The translations under genes and the position numbers were made by a program. Shown piece after piece: positions 39,893 to 49,931 of a DNA stretch of 64,000 bases (position 1 is its first letter; each line of letters begins with the position of its first letter). Source of the stretch: an uncultured Candidatus Hydrogenedens sp. (GTDB lineage Bacteria > Desulfobacterota_D > UBA1144); NCBI GenBank assembly GCA_902609885.1, contig CACLTT010000003.1:8809-72808 (forward strand), written 5' to 3'. Under the pieces are notes generated by a model that saw only the letters and a list, made by a program, of their open reading frames with translations, did no database searches and was not told where the DNA came from.

Positions 39893-40759
39893 TTAATCCT
39901 TATTTTTAAGTAAATTTAGCAAATCAGAATCGATTGGTAAAAAAATTATAGATTTACCATCAATGATTTTATCATAAGCATCTAACTTTCTAAAAAATTC
40001 ATAAAAACTAGGATCTTTAGAATACGAATCTGAATAAATTTTTGTAGCTACCTTATCGCCCTCACCTTTAATTTCTTCACTTGTAGCATATGCATCAGCT
40101 AAAATTATCTCTCGTTCTTTATCAGTTTGTGCACGAATTTTAGCAGACTCCTCTTCACCCTCAGATCTATATCTTTTTGAAATTCTAGATCTTTCAGCAA
40201 TCATTCTATCAAAAACACTTCTTTGAACCTCGCTAGGCAAATCAGCTCTTTTAATCCTTACATCAATTAATTCCATTCCAAAATCTTTGAGTCTTTCTGT
40301 ACTGCCAATTTTTACTTCATCCATAATTAATTCACGATTTTCAGCTATAACTTCATTAATATTATGCGTTGCTAACTCTTCTCTCATTTCAGAGAAAACA
40401 ATATCTTCAATCCTTGAATTTGCACTAAAAAGGTTATTGACAGATTTAAAGAAAACTAAAGGATCAACAATTTTCCATCTAGCTATAAAATCAACGACTA
40501 ATCTTTTTTTATCTAATGTTAAATATTCGCCAGGAGGGGCATCAGTTGATAAAATTCTATTATCGAACTTTGTTACCTTCTCAATAAAAGGCTTTTTGAA
40601 ACTTAATCCAGGCTTACTAATTGTTCTTTTAAATTCACCAAGCTCCGTAACAATTGCCTGTTGAGTTTCATCAACAACAAATAAAAAAGTTGGAGATAAT
40701 ACAAAGATCAAAAGCAATATGGGTAAAAACTTTTTCATACTAATCCTTGAAAACCTCAT
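39893..40759 (-). CDS. hflC: HflC (SPFH/band-7) protease modulator
   Basis: SPFH domain; pairs with the upstream hflK. Confidence 0.85.
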   Translation of the reverse strand: MRFSRISMKKFLPILLLIFVLSPTFLFVVDETQQAIVTELGEFKRTISKPGLSFKKPFIEKVTKFDNRILSTDAPPGEYLTLDKKRLVVDFIARWKIVDPLVFFKSVNNLFSANSRIEDIVFSEMREELATHNINEVIAENRELIMDEVKIGSTERLKDFGMELIDVRIKRADLPSEVQRSVFDRMIAERSRISKRYRSEGEEESAKIRAQTDKEREIILADAYATSEEIKGEGDKVATKIYSDSYSKDPSFYEFFRKLDAYDKIIDGKSIIFLPIDSDLLNLLKNKD

Positions 40760-41789
40760 TTAATTGCAATAGGTTTAGTGAACCACTTGCTGAATCCGTT
40801 CCAATAACTTTCTTAGGTCTCTGTAGAATTGATTCCATTTTTTCTAAATAAATTCTAGTTTTGGTAGTTTCTTTATCTTTTCTATATTCTGAATATATTT
40901 GATTAAACCTGGCAACATCACCTTCGGCTTTGGAAATTCTTTGCTCACGATAAGCTTCAGATTGCCTTATCATTTTCTCAGCTTCTCCTCTAGCCTTAGG
41001 AATAACATCTTCAAAATACCCTTTAGCGTTGTTAATCAATTTCTCTTTATCTTCTTTAGCTCTAACAACTTCATTAAAAGCGTCTTTAACTTCTTCAGGA
41101 GGATCAACTATCTGAAGTTTTACATCGGTTATTGCAACTCCCGAGGAATAAGAATCTAAAAGTTTTTGAAGAAAGGCTCTTGTATTAGACTGAATAAGAT
41201 CTCTTCCAGTGGTCAGAGCGTCGTCTATGTTTGTTACACCCATAGAACTTCTTAAAGCTACCTCTGCAGTACTTTTAATTGTAGATTCAACGTTCCACAC
41301 TTTAAACAAATAATTACCAGGGTCCTTAATTTTCCATTGAATAATTGCTTGAGCATCAACAATATTTTCATCTTTGGTAATCATTAAAGATTCTTGGACA
41401 ACACTAATTCTAGATCTGTCAGATCTAAAACCAATTTCAATTCTACGGACTTTTTCTACATCAACAACAGTCAATTTATCGACTACTGGAATTTTTAAAT
41501 GCAAACCAGGATCAGAATAGCTTGATAATTTACCAAATCTTTGAATTACTCCAACTTCCCCGGGGTCTATAGTATAAAAACTGCTGTAAATTGCAAAGAT
41601 TGCGAGAATAACAGGTATGACAATAAAAAGTTTTTTAAAACTATCTTTTGAATCAGGATCTATAGAGATAGGATCAGTTCCACCGTTAGAACCTCTTTTG
41701 TCTAAATTATTTAAAAAATCTATGATTTTTTTAATTAGATTAAACACAAAGTAATAGTAACTAATTAAACATTTATCACAAGCTAGCAA
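40740..41789 (-). CDS. hflK: HflK (SPFH/band-7) protease modulator
   Basis: N-terminal TM, SPFH domain, charged C-terminus. Confidence 0.85.
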   Translation of the reverse strand: MLACDKCLISYYYFVFNLIKKIIDFLNNLDKRGSNGGTDPISIDPDSKDSFKKLFIVIPVILAIFAIYSSFYTIDPGEVGVIQRFGKLSSYSDPGLHLKIPVVDKLTVVDVEKVRRIEIGFRSDRSRISVVQESLMITKDENIVDAQAIIQWKIKDPGNYLFKVWNVESTIKSTAEVALRSSMGVTNIDDALTTGRDLIQSNTRAFLQKLLDSYSSGVAITDVKLQIVDPPEEVKDAFNEVVRAKEDKEKLINNAKGYFEDVIPKARGEAEKMIRQSEAYREQRISKAEGDVARFNQIYSEYRKDKETTKTRIYLEKMESILQRPKKVIGTDSASGSLNLLQLNEVFKD

Positions 41790-42958
41790 TATCTATTTAC
41801 AATTTTAGTTATTACTAAATCTCCTGTAACATTAAGTGCTGTTCTAAACATATCTAACAATCTATCAACACCCACTATTAATGAAATCGCTTCTATAGGT
41901 ATACCCACTGAGGTAAATACAACAGTCATCATAACTAATGCTACTGATGGTACACCTGCAGCCCCTATGCTTCCAATAGTTGCTGTAATTAAGATCAGTA
42001 GATATTCATCAAATGATAAACTGAGACCTATAAGGCTAGAGACAAAAACTGCAGAAAGTCCCAAGTATATTGCTGATCCATCCATGTTTACAGTTGCACC
42101 TATTGGAATCACAAAATTACTAATTTTATTATCTATTTTAAGATTTTTCTCAGCAGTTTTTAGAGTAAGAGGTATAGTTGCGGAACTACTTGATGATACA
42201 AATGCAAAAAAAATTGTATTCTTTATATTTTTAAAAAATTTATAAAAATTTTCTTTTAGTAAAAGTTGTATAATGGATCCATAAAATAATAAAAAATATG
42301 ATATAAATATTGCAATCGCAACTAAGGTAAATTTTAATAAAAGAAACAAAATATCATAATCTATTGAAACTAATAAATTTCCAAATAATGAAAAAATTGC
42401 AAATGGGGCAAGCCACATAAAATAAAGAATTGAAGAGAGAACAAAATTATTTAATTTTCTTAAAATATTAATTATTGTAAAATTTTTTATAATTTTTATA
42501 ATAATTCCAAAGAATATAGCCAAAATCATAATTGCTAAAGGGTTTCTATCGAGTATTAAAGATGGAAATTCTAATAAATCAAAGCCCAAGGGCTTGATTG
42601 AATCCTTAACATTTAGCCTCTCATAATTATTAAAATTTAATTCAGATATTAACGCTTCATTAATTGGAAAATTGATTTGGGTCGAAATAGTTAAGGAAAA
42701 AGAAATTGAAATAATGGTTGATATTACATATAGAATAAGTGTTAAAGGAATCATTTTCTTGAGATTAGTATTGGTGTCAAAAGATGCTATTGAATATGAT
42801 ATAGAAATAAAAATTATAAAAGGTACGAATAACTTCAAAATTGATATAAACAAATCCCCGATAACTTTGGAAGAAATTACAATTTCAGGGACTAAAAATG
42901 ATGAAGGAATAGCGAGTAGAAAACCTAGAAGCATCAATAATGATATTTTTTTTTCCAT
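41783..42958 (-). CDS. dicarboxylate/amino-acid:cation symporter (DAACS) family transporter
   Basis: Polytopic membrane protein with the SSSSATIP motif. Confidence 0.75.
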   Translation of the reverse strand: MEKKISLLMLLGFLLAIPSSFLVPEIVISSKVIGDLFISILKLFVPFIIFISISYSIASFDTNTNLKKMIPLTLILYVISTIISISFSLTISTQINFPINEALISELNFNNYERLNVKDSIKPLGFDLLEFPSLILDRNPLAIMILAIFFGIIIKIIKNFTIINILRKLNNFVLSSILYFMWLAPFAIFSLFGNLLVSIDYDILFLLLKFTLVAIAIFISYFLLFYGSIIQLLLKENFYKFFKNIKNTIFFAFVSSSSSATIPLTLKTAEKNLKIDNKISNFVIPIGATVNMDGSAIYLGLSAVFVSSLIGLSLSFDEYLLILITATIGSIGAAGVPSVALVMMTVVFTSVGIPIEAISLIVGVDRLLDMFRTALNVTGDLVITKIVNRYC

Positions 42959-43326
42959 TACCCCAGATCAACCGAAAATTTTTTTAGAATATCTAAAGGT
43001 ATTATTTTAAGGACTTTATGATTTGTAGACAATATATAAACTTTTGGAGCACAATTACTTTCATATGCCTCTAACCATCTATATGCACAAACACACCATT
43101 TATCGCCAGGCTTAAGTCCAGGAAAATCAAAATCTGGCAATGGTGTGATAAGGTCATTGCCGGCGCTTTTAGAAAACTCTAAAAACTCTTGGGTTACTTC
43201 AATACAAACTAAATGTAAACCCTTATCTTCATCACCGGTATTACAAAAACCATCTCTATAAAAACCTGTCATGGGAGAAGTGCAACAAAGTTCAATATTT
43301 TGATTTAAAGCATTTTTTTGAGACAT
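42958..43326 (-). CDS. DUF2237 Cys-rich protein
   Basis: CCTSPMTGFYRDGFCNTG pattern. Confidence 0.5.
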   Translation of the reverse strand: MSQKNALNQNIELCCTSPMTGFYRDGFCNTGDEDKGLHLVCIEVTQEFLEFSKSAGNDLITPLPDFDFPGLKPGDKWCVCAYRWLEAYESNCAPKVYILSTNHKVLKIIPLDILKKFSVDLG

Positions 43327-43328
43327 TA

Positions 43329-43988
43329 TTATTCACTATACCCTTTTTTTAAATTTTTTAATAAGTCAACTGATTCTTCAATTTTAGATGCAATTTTGCT
43401 AGATAATTCATCAGATTGAATAAAATATAAATGCCATCTAGGAAATATTAAGCGCATTTTAAAAGCTATATCTCCATCAGGAGTTATAATTTTTGCTTCA
43501 AAGTTTTTAAAACTTGAAAATTTAAAAGTTTCTAAAGAATAGCCTTCAATATTAAATAGTTTTTTTTCACTTTTAACATTATCTTTTTTAGCAATTTGAT
43601 TATTTTTACTTTTATTATCTCTATTTTTTTTTCTTTCTGTAAGCTCTACAAGTTTTATAATACCATCTGGAGTAATAATTTTATCAACTGCAATATCTAG
43701 AGCAGTCCCACCAAAGACCTTTTCCCCAACTCTTTTAATATCTTCAAAGATACCATCGATTGGATTATCAATATTTTTTTTTCTCTCTTTAGCTCTCTTT
43801 TTTAAAAATCTTCTTACATCTTTTTTAACATTTTTTTGAAGTTCATCCCAAAGAATATATCCATTAAGAACCTCTTTGTCTTTTTCTTTGATGCCTATTC
43901 CAATTTTATAAAGACTATAAGCTGGAGATATAAACAATAAGCTTGATATTAAAATTACAGTCCATAGAAAAAATTTCATATATTTCAA
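43329..43988 (-). CDS. hypothetical secreted Lys-rich protein
   Basis: Signal peptide; no recognisable domain. Confidence 0.35.
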   Translation of the reverse strand: MKYMKFFLWTVILISSLLFISPAYSLYKIGIGIKEKDKEVLNGYILWDELQKNVKKDVRRFLKKRAKERKKNIDNPIDGIFEDIKRVGEKVFGGTALDIAVDKIITPDGIIKLVELTERKKNRDNKSKNNQIAKKDNVKSEKKLFNIEGYSLETFKFSSFKNFEAKIITPDGDIAFKMRLIFPRWHLYFIQSDELSSKIASKIEESVDLLKNLKKGYSE

Positions 43989-44035
43989 CTATAATACAAT
44001 TTATTTTTAAAAAAATAGAATATCTTAAAAATATC

Positions 44036-44809
44036 TTAATCAAATAGGTCTAGATTTTGTCCATAATTAAGTGCTCTATATGAAATTTGCCTATCTTCAA
44101 AATATGAACAATGATCACAGCTTCGAGTACCCTCTGGCATATTTTGATTGTTTAAAGTTGAAGCTAATTCTTTAATTTTGTTTGGTATCCAATCTATATG
44201 ATATTCATACTTAATAAGTTGCAAGTTGAATTTTAAATTTTTTTCAAAAAGTCCATCTTTTATTGCATTGGCATAAAGAAAGAAGCCATAAGGTTCGAGT
44301 TCTAGACCATTCTTAATCAATAAAAAGCTATAAAAGTCAATTTGGCGTTTATATGCTGGCCACCAACCGCTATTTGAAATACTTATCCTTCCCTCTTTAG
44401 AAGTAGCTTTATAATCAACTACAATTAATTTTCCAGTATCTAGATTAATCCACAGGTCATCAATCGCACCTGTAAAAACTAAATCTAATTCTTTATCAGT
44501 ATATGATATTCCCTTAAAATTCTCTCTCCATTCTTTTAAATTAGGATGGGAGAAAGGTATTATATTAAGATTGTTTTTAATAAATATTGGGTGTTTTTTT
44601 TTATTAGAACGATAATAATCAAATTCATTTTTAAGTAAATTATCGACAGCATTATTTAGTGTAAAGCTAGGCGGCTGTATCATACCAAGACCTTTCACCC
44701 TATCAAGCCAAAAACATCTTTTACACTTTATATATAAATCTACTTTTGATCTACTAATTCTGAAATTTTTTGTAATACCTTTAGTGTAAATATTTTTTTT
44801 TCTAATCAT
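44036..44809 (-). CDS. PD-(D/E)XK nuclease with 4-Cys (Cas4/AddB-like Fe-S) arrangement
   Basis: N-terminal CKRC, D..D...VVDYK core, C-terminal CDHC. Confidence 0.5.
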   Translation of the reverse strand: MIRKKNIYTKGITKNFRISRSKVDLYIKCKRCFWLDRVKGLGMIQPPSFTLNNAVDNLLKNEFDYYRSNKKKHPIFIKNNLNIIPFSHPNLKEWRENFKGISYTDKELDLVFTGAIDDLWINLDTGKLIVVDYKATSKEGRISISNSGWWPAYKRQIDFYSFLLIKNGLELEPYGFFLYANAIKDGLFEKNLKFNLQLIKYEYHIDWIPNKIKELASTLNNQNMPEGTRSCDHCSYFEDRQISYRALNYGQNLDLFD

Positions 44810-44814
44810 ATTTG

Positions 44815-46092
44815 TTATTTTACGAATATAAGGCGGGTTCCTTTATCTTGATTGAAATAATTTAAAGCCCACTTAATTAACACAGAGACTTTGTTGTCAA
44901 AACCTATTAAAAAACAAATATGAACAAATAACCATAAAAGCCATGCAACAAAACCCTGAGCTTTATAAAATCCGAGATCTGCAACTGCCCTATTTCTTCC
45001 AATAACTGCAAGATTTCCTTTGTCTTTATATTCAAATTCTTTAAAAGAATCATTACCATTAACTCGATTTTTAATAAGTTTTGCAACATATTCTCCAGCT
45101 TGCATAGCTGCTGGTGCAACTCCGGGTATAAATTCATTTTTTGAGTCTTGAAATCTTGCCAAATCACCAATTACAAAAATATTATTATAATTCGGAATGG
45201 AAAAATCTTTTTTAACAAGAACTCTTCCAACTCTATCTACTTGAGCGTCAGCGGCCTCCGATAAAATCATTCCCCAAGCAGATGCTTTAACACCTGCACC
45301 CCAAAGAGTTGTTTTTGTTTCAATAACTTGCTTTTCCTTGTTCTTTTCAAATGCTACTGTATCAGAAGTGATTTCTATCACTCTGGAATCAGTCAGAACT
45401 TTTATTCCCATTCTTTCTAAATATTTTTTTGTAATCTGAGACAATTTATTATCAAATGTAGGTAGGACATTAGGTAACGCTTCAATTAAATATATTTCAC
45501 ACTCTTTTTTTGTATTAATATTATGAAAATGTCCATCTAATGTTTTGAAAGCTAGATCTGCAAGCGCTCCGGCAAGCTCTACTCCAGTTGGTCCTCCACC
45601 AATAATAACAAAAGTTAATAATTGCTTTCTTCTAAGAGGGTCAGTTTCATTTTCTGCCTGTTCGAAGGCCGTAAAAATTTTCCTTCTCATTTCAAATGCA
45701 TCTTCAACTGATTTTAAACCTGGCGCATGCTTCTCCCATTCATCATTACCAAAATAATGATGACTAACTCCAGTCGCAACAATTAGATCGTCATATCTGA
45801 TTCTTGCATGATTTCTTGTTTGGACATATCTATTGTAAGGATCTATTCCGTTAGCAATATCAAGTCTTACTGTAATATTTTTTTTATCGCCAAAAATAGA
45901 TCTAATTGGAGCACTGATATCAGGTGCGGATATAGTTCCAGTTGCAACCTGATAAAGTAAAGGTTGAAAGAGGTGAAAATTTCTACGATCTATAAGAGTT
46001 ACATCAATATTACTATTAATAAACTGTTTGACTGCATATAAACCACCAAATCCGGCTCCTATAACAACAACATGATGTTTTTTAGTATTCAC
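44815..46092 (-). CDS. ndh: type II NADH dehydrogenase
   Basis: Two dinucleotide-binding motifs: VVVIGAGFGG and IIGGGPTGVELAG. Confidence 0.85.
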   Translation of the reverse strand: MNTKKHHVVVIGAGFGGLYAVKQFINSNIDVTLIDRRNFHLFQPLLYQVATGTISAPDISAPIRSIFGDKKNITVRLDIANGIDPYNRYVQTRNHARIRYDDLIVATGVSHHYFGNDEWEKHAPGLKSVEDAFEMRRKIFTAFEQAENETDPLRRKQLLTFVIIGGGPTGVELAGALADLAFKTLDGHFHNINTKKECEIYLIEALPNVLPTFDNKLSQITKKYLERMGIKVLTDSRVIEITSDTVAFEKNKEKQVIETKTTLWGAGVKASAWGMILSEAADAQVDRVGRVLVKKDFSIPNYNNIFVIGDLARFQDSKNEFIPGVAPAAMQAGEYVAKLIKNRVNGNDSFKEFEYKDKGNLAVIGRNRAVADLGFYKAQGFVAWLLWLFVHICFLIGFDNKVSVLIKWALNYFNQDKGTRLIFVK

Positions 46093-46116
46093 TTAAAAAT
46101 ATTATAACTTAAAAAT

Positions 46117-48828
46117 TTAAAGAATAAGCTGTTCATGACATTTCAAGCAAATATTTTTATCATCTGGACCTCTTTGAAAACTATAATTCCAACATCTTAC
46201 ACACTTGGGAGCTTTAGTTTTTTCAACATCACATATAACTTTATCATTTTGACAATCGGACAAATCAAGCTCTGCAACCATTAATACTTTTTGAAGATTA
46301 ACCAAATTTTCTTTTAAAAATTCATTATGACTAACTGGGCATGATACTAAAATTTTAGCTTCCAAAGAGCTTCCGATTATCTTTTCAGCTCTTTTAATTT
46401 CTATCTCCTTCAAAAAAATAGTTCTATATTCTATCAATTTATCCCATTTAATTTCTATTTCGTCATCTTTATAAAAATCATTTGAAAGTGTTTCTTGAAA
46501 AATAGAAGATTTATTTTGGTTAAAATGTTTCCAAGCCTCTTCAGTTGTAAATGATATAACAGGTGACAACATTAAAGTTATTTCTCGAAAAATATTTATG
46601 ATTGCGGATTGAGTTGATTTTCTCTGATGAGATTTGATTGAAAAAGTATATAAAATATCTTTTTGTATATCTAAATAAATGGAGCTCAATTCGTTTGCTG
46701 TAAAATTTAACACTTTAGATATACCTTGATGGAATAGGTTTTTTTCAAAATATTCTACATACTCCTTCTTCAGATTAGATAATTTTATTAAAATCCATTG
46801 ATCAATTTCTTCCATTTTTTCAAAATTTACAAAATCTTTTTCTTCAAAATCACTAATATTTCCTAATAAAAATCTAAAAGTATTTCTTAATTTTTTGTAT
46901 TTATCTCTTATTCCATCTAAAATTGAGTCTGATAGCCTTACCTCAGATGAATAATCCTCTGATGCAACCCAGAGTCTTAGTATGTCAGCACCACTCTGCT
47001 TTATAATTTTATCGGGTTCAACAACGTTGTTTTTTGATTTTGACATTTTTTGGCCTTTGCTATCTACAACAAATCCGTGGGTTAAGACGGATTTATATGG
47101 AGAAATACCATTTGTTGCTACTGATGTTAGCAAACTACTCTGAAACCATCCTCTATGCTGATCATTACCTTCTAAGTATAAATCTGCAGGATATGATTTC
47201 TCATTTAATACCGACTTCCAAGAGGAACCGGAATCAAACCAAACATCTAATGTATCAGTTCCTTTGACTAGTTTCTCAGAATGACCTTTATATTTATCAG
47301 GTAAAAAATAGTCAATTTCTTTTTCCCACCATGAGTTTGATCCTTCAGCTTTAAAAATATCGATAATTTTATTTAATATCTCTTTATTTATGAAAGTTTC
47401 ATTTGATTCTTTATAGTAAAAAACTGGTATTGGTAAACCCCATGATCTCTGCCTGGATATGCACCAGTCTGATCTTTCATCTACCATAGACTTTATTCGT
47501 TTCATAGATTGGCTTGGATACCATTTAACTTTTTCAATTTCGCTAAGTGCTTGTTCTCTAAACTTATCTACAGATGCGAACCATTGATAAGTTGATCTAA
47601 AAATAGTTGGCTTACCGGTTCGCCAATCATAAGGATATTTATGATTATAATCCTCAGAAAAAAATAAATAATTTTCATTGTCAAGTAACTCAATCACTTT
47701 AAGATTTCCTTCATTCAAAACACTTAATCCTTGTAATTCTCCTCGGACATCATCAGTAAATTTTCCATACTTATCAACAGGAGAAAAAATATCAAGATTA
47801 TTTTTAATACCAGTGGTGTAGTCATCTACACCGTGACCAGGTGCAGTATGTACTATTCCTGTTCCTGTATCTTTAGTTACGTATTCAGCATTATAAACAC
47901 TACACTCCTCTTGTGTTAGAGGAGATAAATATTTCATTTCTAACAATTTCTTTCCAGAAATTTCATTGATTTTATTTAAATTTAAATCACTTTTCTCATG
48001 CAACTTAGTGGCAAGATCTAATTCGATAATAATTTGTTCATTCTCTATTTCATATATACCATAAACAAAATCTTGGTTTAAAGATAAAGCTTTATTTGCT
48101 GGCAAAGTCCATGGAGTAGTTGTCCATACAAGAAAGTTAAGATTATCAAAGGATTCTTTAATTTCATTTGGATATGATTTTTTCAGTACTGGAAACTTTA
48201 CATAAACGCTTTTTGAAATATGATTATCAGGATATTCAAGTTCCGCCTCGGCAAGTGCAGTTTGCGAACTAGGGCTCCAATTAACTGGCTTCATTCCTCT
48301 ATAAATATATCCCTTCAAAAACATATCAGAAAAAACTGAAATTTGATTAGCTTCAAAGTTAGGATTAATAGTTAAATAAGGGTTATTCCAATCAGATATT
48401 ACACCTAGTCTGATGAATTCTTCTTTTTGCTTATTAACAAATTTCATTGCATATTCTTTACACAAATTCCTAATTTCTAACTTAGTAATATCTTTTGATT
48501 TGAGTTTCTTTGTTACTTGGTGTTCAATTGGGAGTCCATGACAGTCCCAGCCAGGAACATATCTAATGGATTTTCCTAGTATAGAATTAAATTTAATTAT
48601 TATGTCTTTTAGAACTTTATTTAGACAGTGTCCCATATGGATCTTGCCGTTAGCAAAAGGTGGACCATCATGTAATTCAAACAGCTCGCCTGACTTTGAT
48701 TGAAGAAGATCATATAAATTAATATCATCCCAATACTCTATTAACTTAGGTTCGTTCTGAGGTAGGTTTGCCCTCATGGGAAAATCAGTTTTTGGTAAGT
48801 TTAATGTTTCACTATAATCTTTGCTCAA
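46117..48828 (-). CDS. ileS: isoleucyl-tRNA synthetase
   Basis: HMGH (HIGH-class) motif, KMSKS, C-terminal Zn-finger CVRC...CLKC; 903 aa. Confidence 0.95.
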   Translation of the reverse strand: MSKDYSETLNLPKTDFPMRANLPQNEPKLIEYWDDINLYDLLQSKSGELFELHDGPPFANGKIHMGHCLNKVLKDIIIKFNSILGKSIRYVPGWDCHGLPIEHQVTKKLKSKDITKLEIRNLCKEYAMKFVNKQKEEFIRLGVISDWNNPYLTINPNFEANQISVFSDMFLKGYIYRGMKPVNWSPSSQTALAEAELEYPDNHISKSVYVKFPVLKKSYPNEIKESFDNLNFLVWTTTPWTLPANKALSLNQDFVYGIYEIENEQIIIELDLATKLHEKSDLNLNKINEISGKKLLEMKYLSPLTQEECSVYNAEYVTKDTGTGIVHTAPGHGVDDYTTGIKNNLDIFSPVDKYGKFTDDVRGELQGLSVLNEGNLKVIELLDNENYLFFSEDYNHKYPYDWRTGKPTIFRSTYQWFASVDKFREQALSEIEKVKWYPSQSMKRIKSMVDERSDWCISRQRSWGLPIPVFYYKESNETFINKEILNKIIDIFKAEGSNSWWEKEIDYFLPDKYKGHSEKLVKGTDTLDVWFDSGSSWKSVLNEKSYPADLYLEGNDQHRGWFQSSLLTSVATNGISPYKSVLTHGFVVDSKGQKMSKSKNNVVEPDKIIKQSGADILRLWVASEDYSSEVRLSDSILDGIRDKYKKLRNTFRFLLGNISDFEEKDFVNFEKMEEIDQWILIKLSNLKKEYVEYFEKNLFHQGISKVLNFTANELSSIYLDIQKDILYTFSIKSHQRKSTQSAIINIFREITLMLSPVISFTTEEAWKHFNQNKSSIFQETLSNDFYKDDEIEIKWDKLIEYRTIFLKEIEIKRAEKIIGSSLEAKILVSCPVSHNEFLKENLVNLQKVLMVAELDLSDCQNDKVICDVEKTKAPKCVRCWNYSFQRGPDDKNICLKCHEQLIL

Positions 48829-49185
48829 TTAATTCCCCGTCAAAACTTTATTCATATTATCATAAATTTTTCTTGAAAAAAGAACCCACTTGTCCCATAT
48901 GTCTGTATTATAATTTTCTTGCTTTATTGTTTTAACCATTTTTAATCCATAATCCTCAAATGTAATCTCTATTTCGTCATAATCCGTCAAATTTTTACTA
49001 AAAACTTCACCAAGTCTTTTAATTATCTTTACATTCTTATCTTCTATATCTCTATACTCAGTTATTAAAAGTTTTACTCCTCTTATTTTTGAATCACCCG
49101 ACATCATTGTAGAACCCATCCCCCATCCCTTCTTCGCCCTAGGAGTTTCTGCTCTAATTTGCATATCCATAACTTTATAATACAC
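48829..49185 (-). CDS. hypothetical protein immediately downstream of ileS
   Basis: 118 aa; starts 1 nt after the ileS stop. Confidence 0.35.
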   Translation of the reverse strand: MYYKVMDMQIRAETPRAKKGWGMGSTMMSGDSKIRGVKLLITEYRDIEDKNVKIIKRLGEVFSKNLTDYDEIEITFEDYGLKMVKTIKQENYNTDIWDKWVLFSRKIYDNMNKVLTGN

Positions 49186-49235
49186 TCAAATCTTTTGTAA
49201 TTTTATTAAAAATAATACTATGATAGAGTAAAAAA

Positions 49236-49931
49236 GTGGAACAACAATATAAAATACTCTTTACTGGACTTACGGGTAATCTTGGTCGTGAGATCATACC
49301 CCTGTTAAAGAAAAATAATTATATAATCTATACGACATATAAATATCAAAAAGAATTAGACTCTATCAGTAAAGATCATTCTAAATTCATCAATCCAATA
49401 AAATGTGATTTGCTGTGTGAAAAAGATGTAATTAAAATGGCTACAAAATTGAAAATTGAAAAAATACATTTTAACTCGATAGTCAACCTAGTTGGTGGAT
49501 TTATATACAAAGACTTTATAAGTTCAAATTTAGAAGATGTTCAAAAAATGATGGAAATAAATTTATATAGTGTTTTTAATATTTGTAAATATTCTCCACA
49601 AATATTATTATCTTCTCATAACAAAAGTATTATAAACATGTTAACGCCATATGCAGAAAAACCAGCTACCGGGGTCAGCGCATATAGTAGTTCAAAAGCA
49701 GCTCTACTAAATTTATCAAAATCAATAGCTATAGAATTCCAAAAATATGATATTAGAGTTAATTCTATAATGACAGATACAATAGATACTCCTTCAAATA
49801 GATTAGAAATGCCAGATGCTAATTTTTATAAATGGATAAAACCCATACAAATTTTTAATGCAATTAAAATGCTAATATCAAAAGAATCAAAATTCATAAA
49901 TGGAGAAATTATCAAATTATCAAATGAATAA
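49236..49931 (+). CDS. short-chain dehydrogenase/reductase
   Basis: TGLTGNLG dinucleotide motif and YSSSK catalytic motif. Confidence 0.75.
   Translation: MEQQYKILFTGLTGNLGREIIPLLKKNNYIIYTTYKYQKELDSISKDHSKFINPIKCDLLCEKDVIKMATKLKIEKIHFNSIVNLVGGFIYKDFISSNLEDVQKMMEINLYSVFNICKYSPQILLSSHNKSIINMLTPYAEKPATGVSAYSSSKAALLNLSKSIAIEFQKYDIRVNSIMTDTIDTPSNRLEMPDANFYKWIKPIQIFNAIKMLISKESKFINGEIIKLSNE

Noticed and set aside
38888-44809. Phage or defence island (exonuclease, YdjM-like, DUF2237, Cas4-like nuclease)
   Set aside because: Housekeeping hflKC and a DAACS transporter are interspersed. There is no integrase, att-like repeat or helicase/methylase partner.
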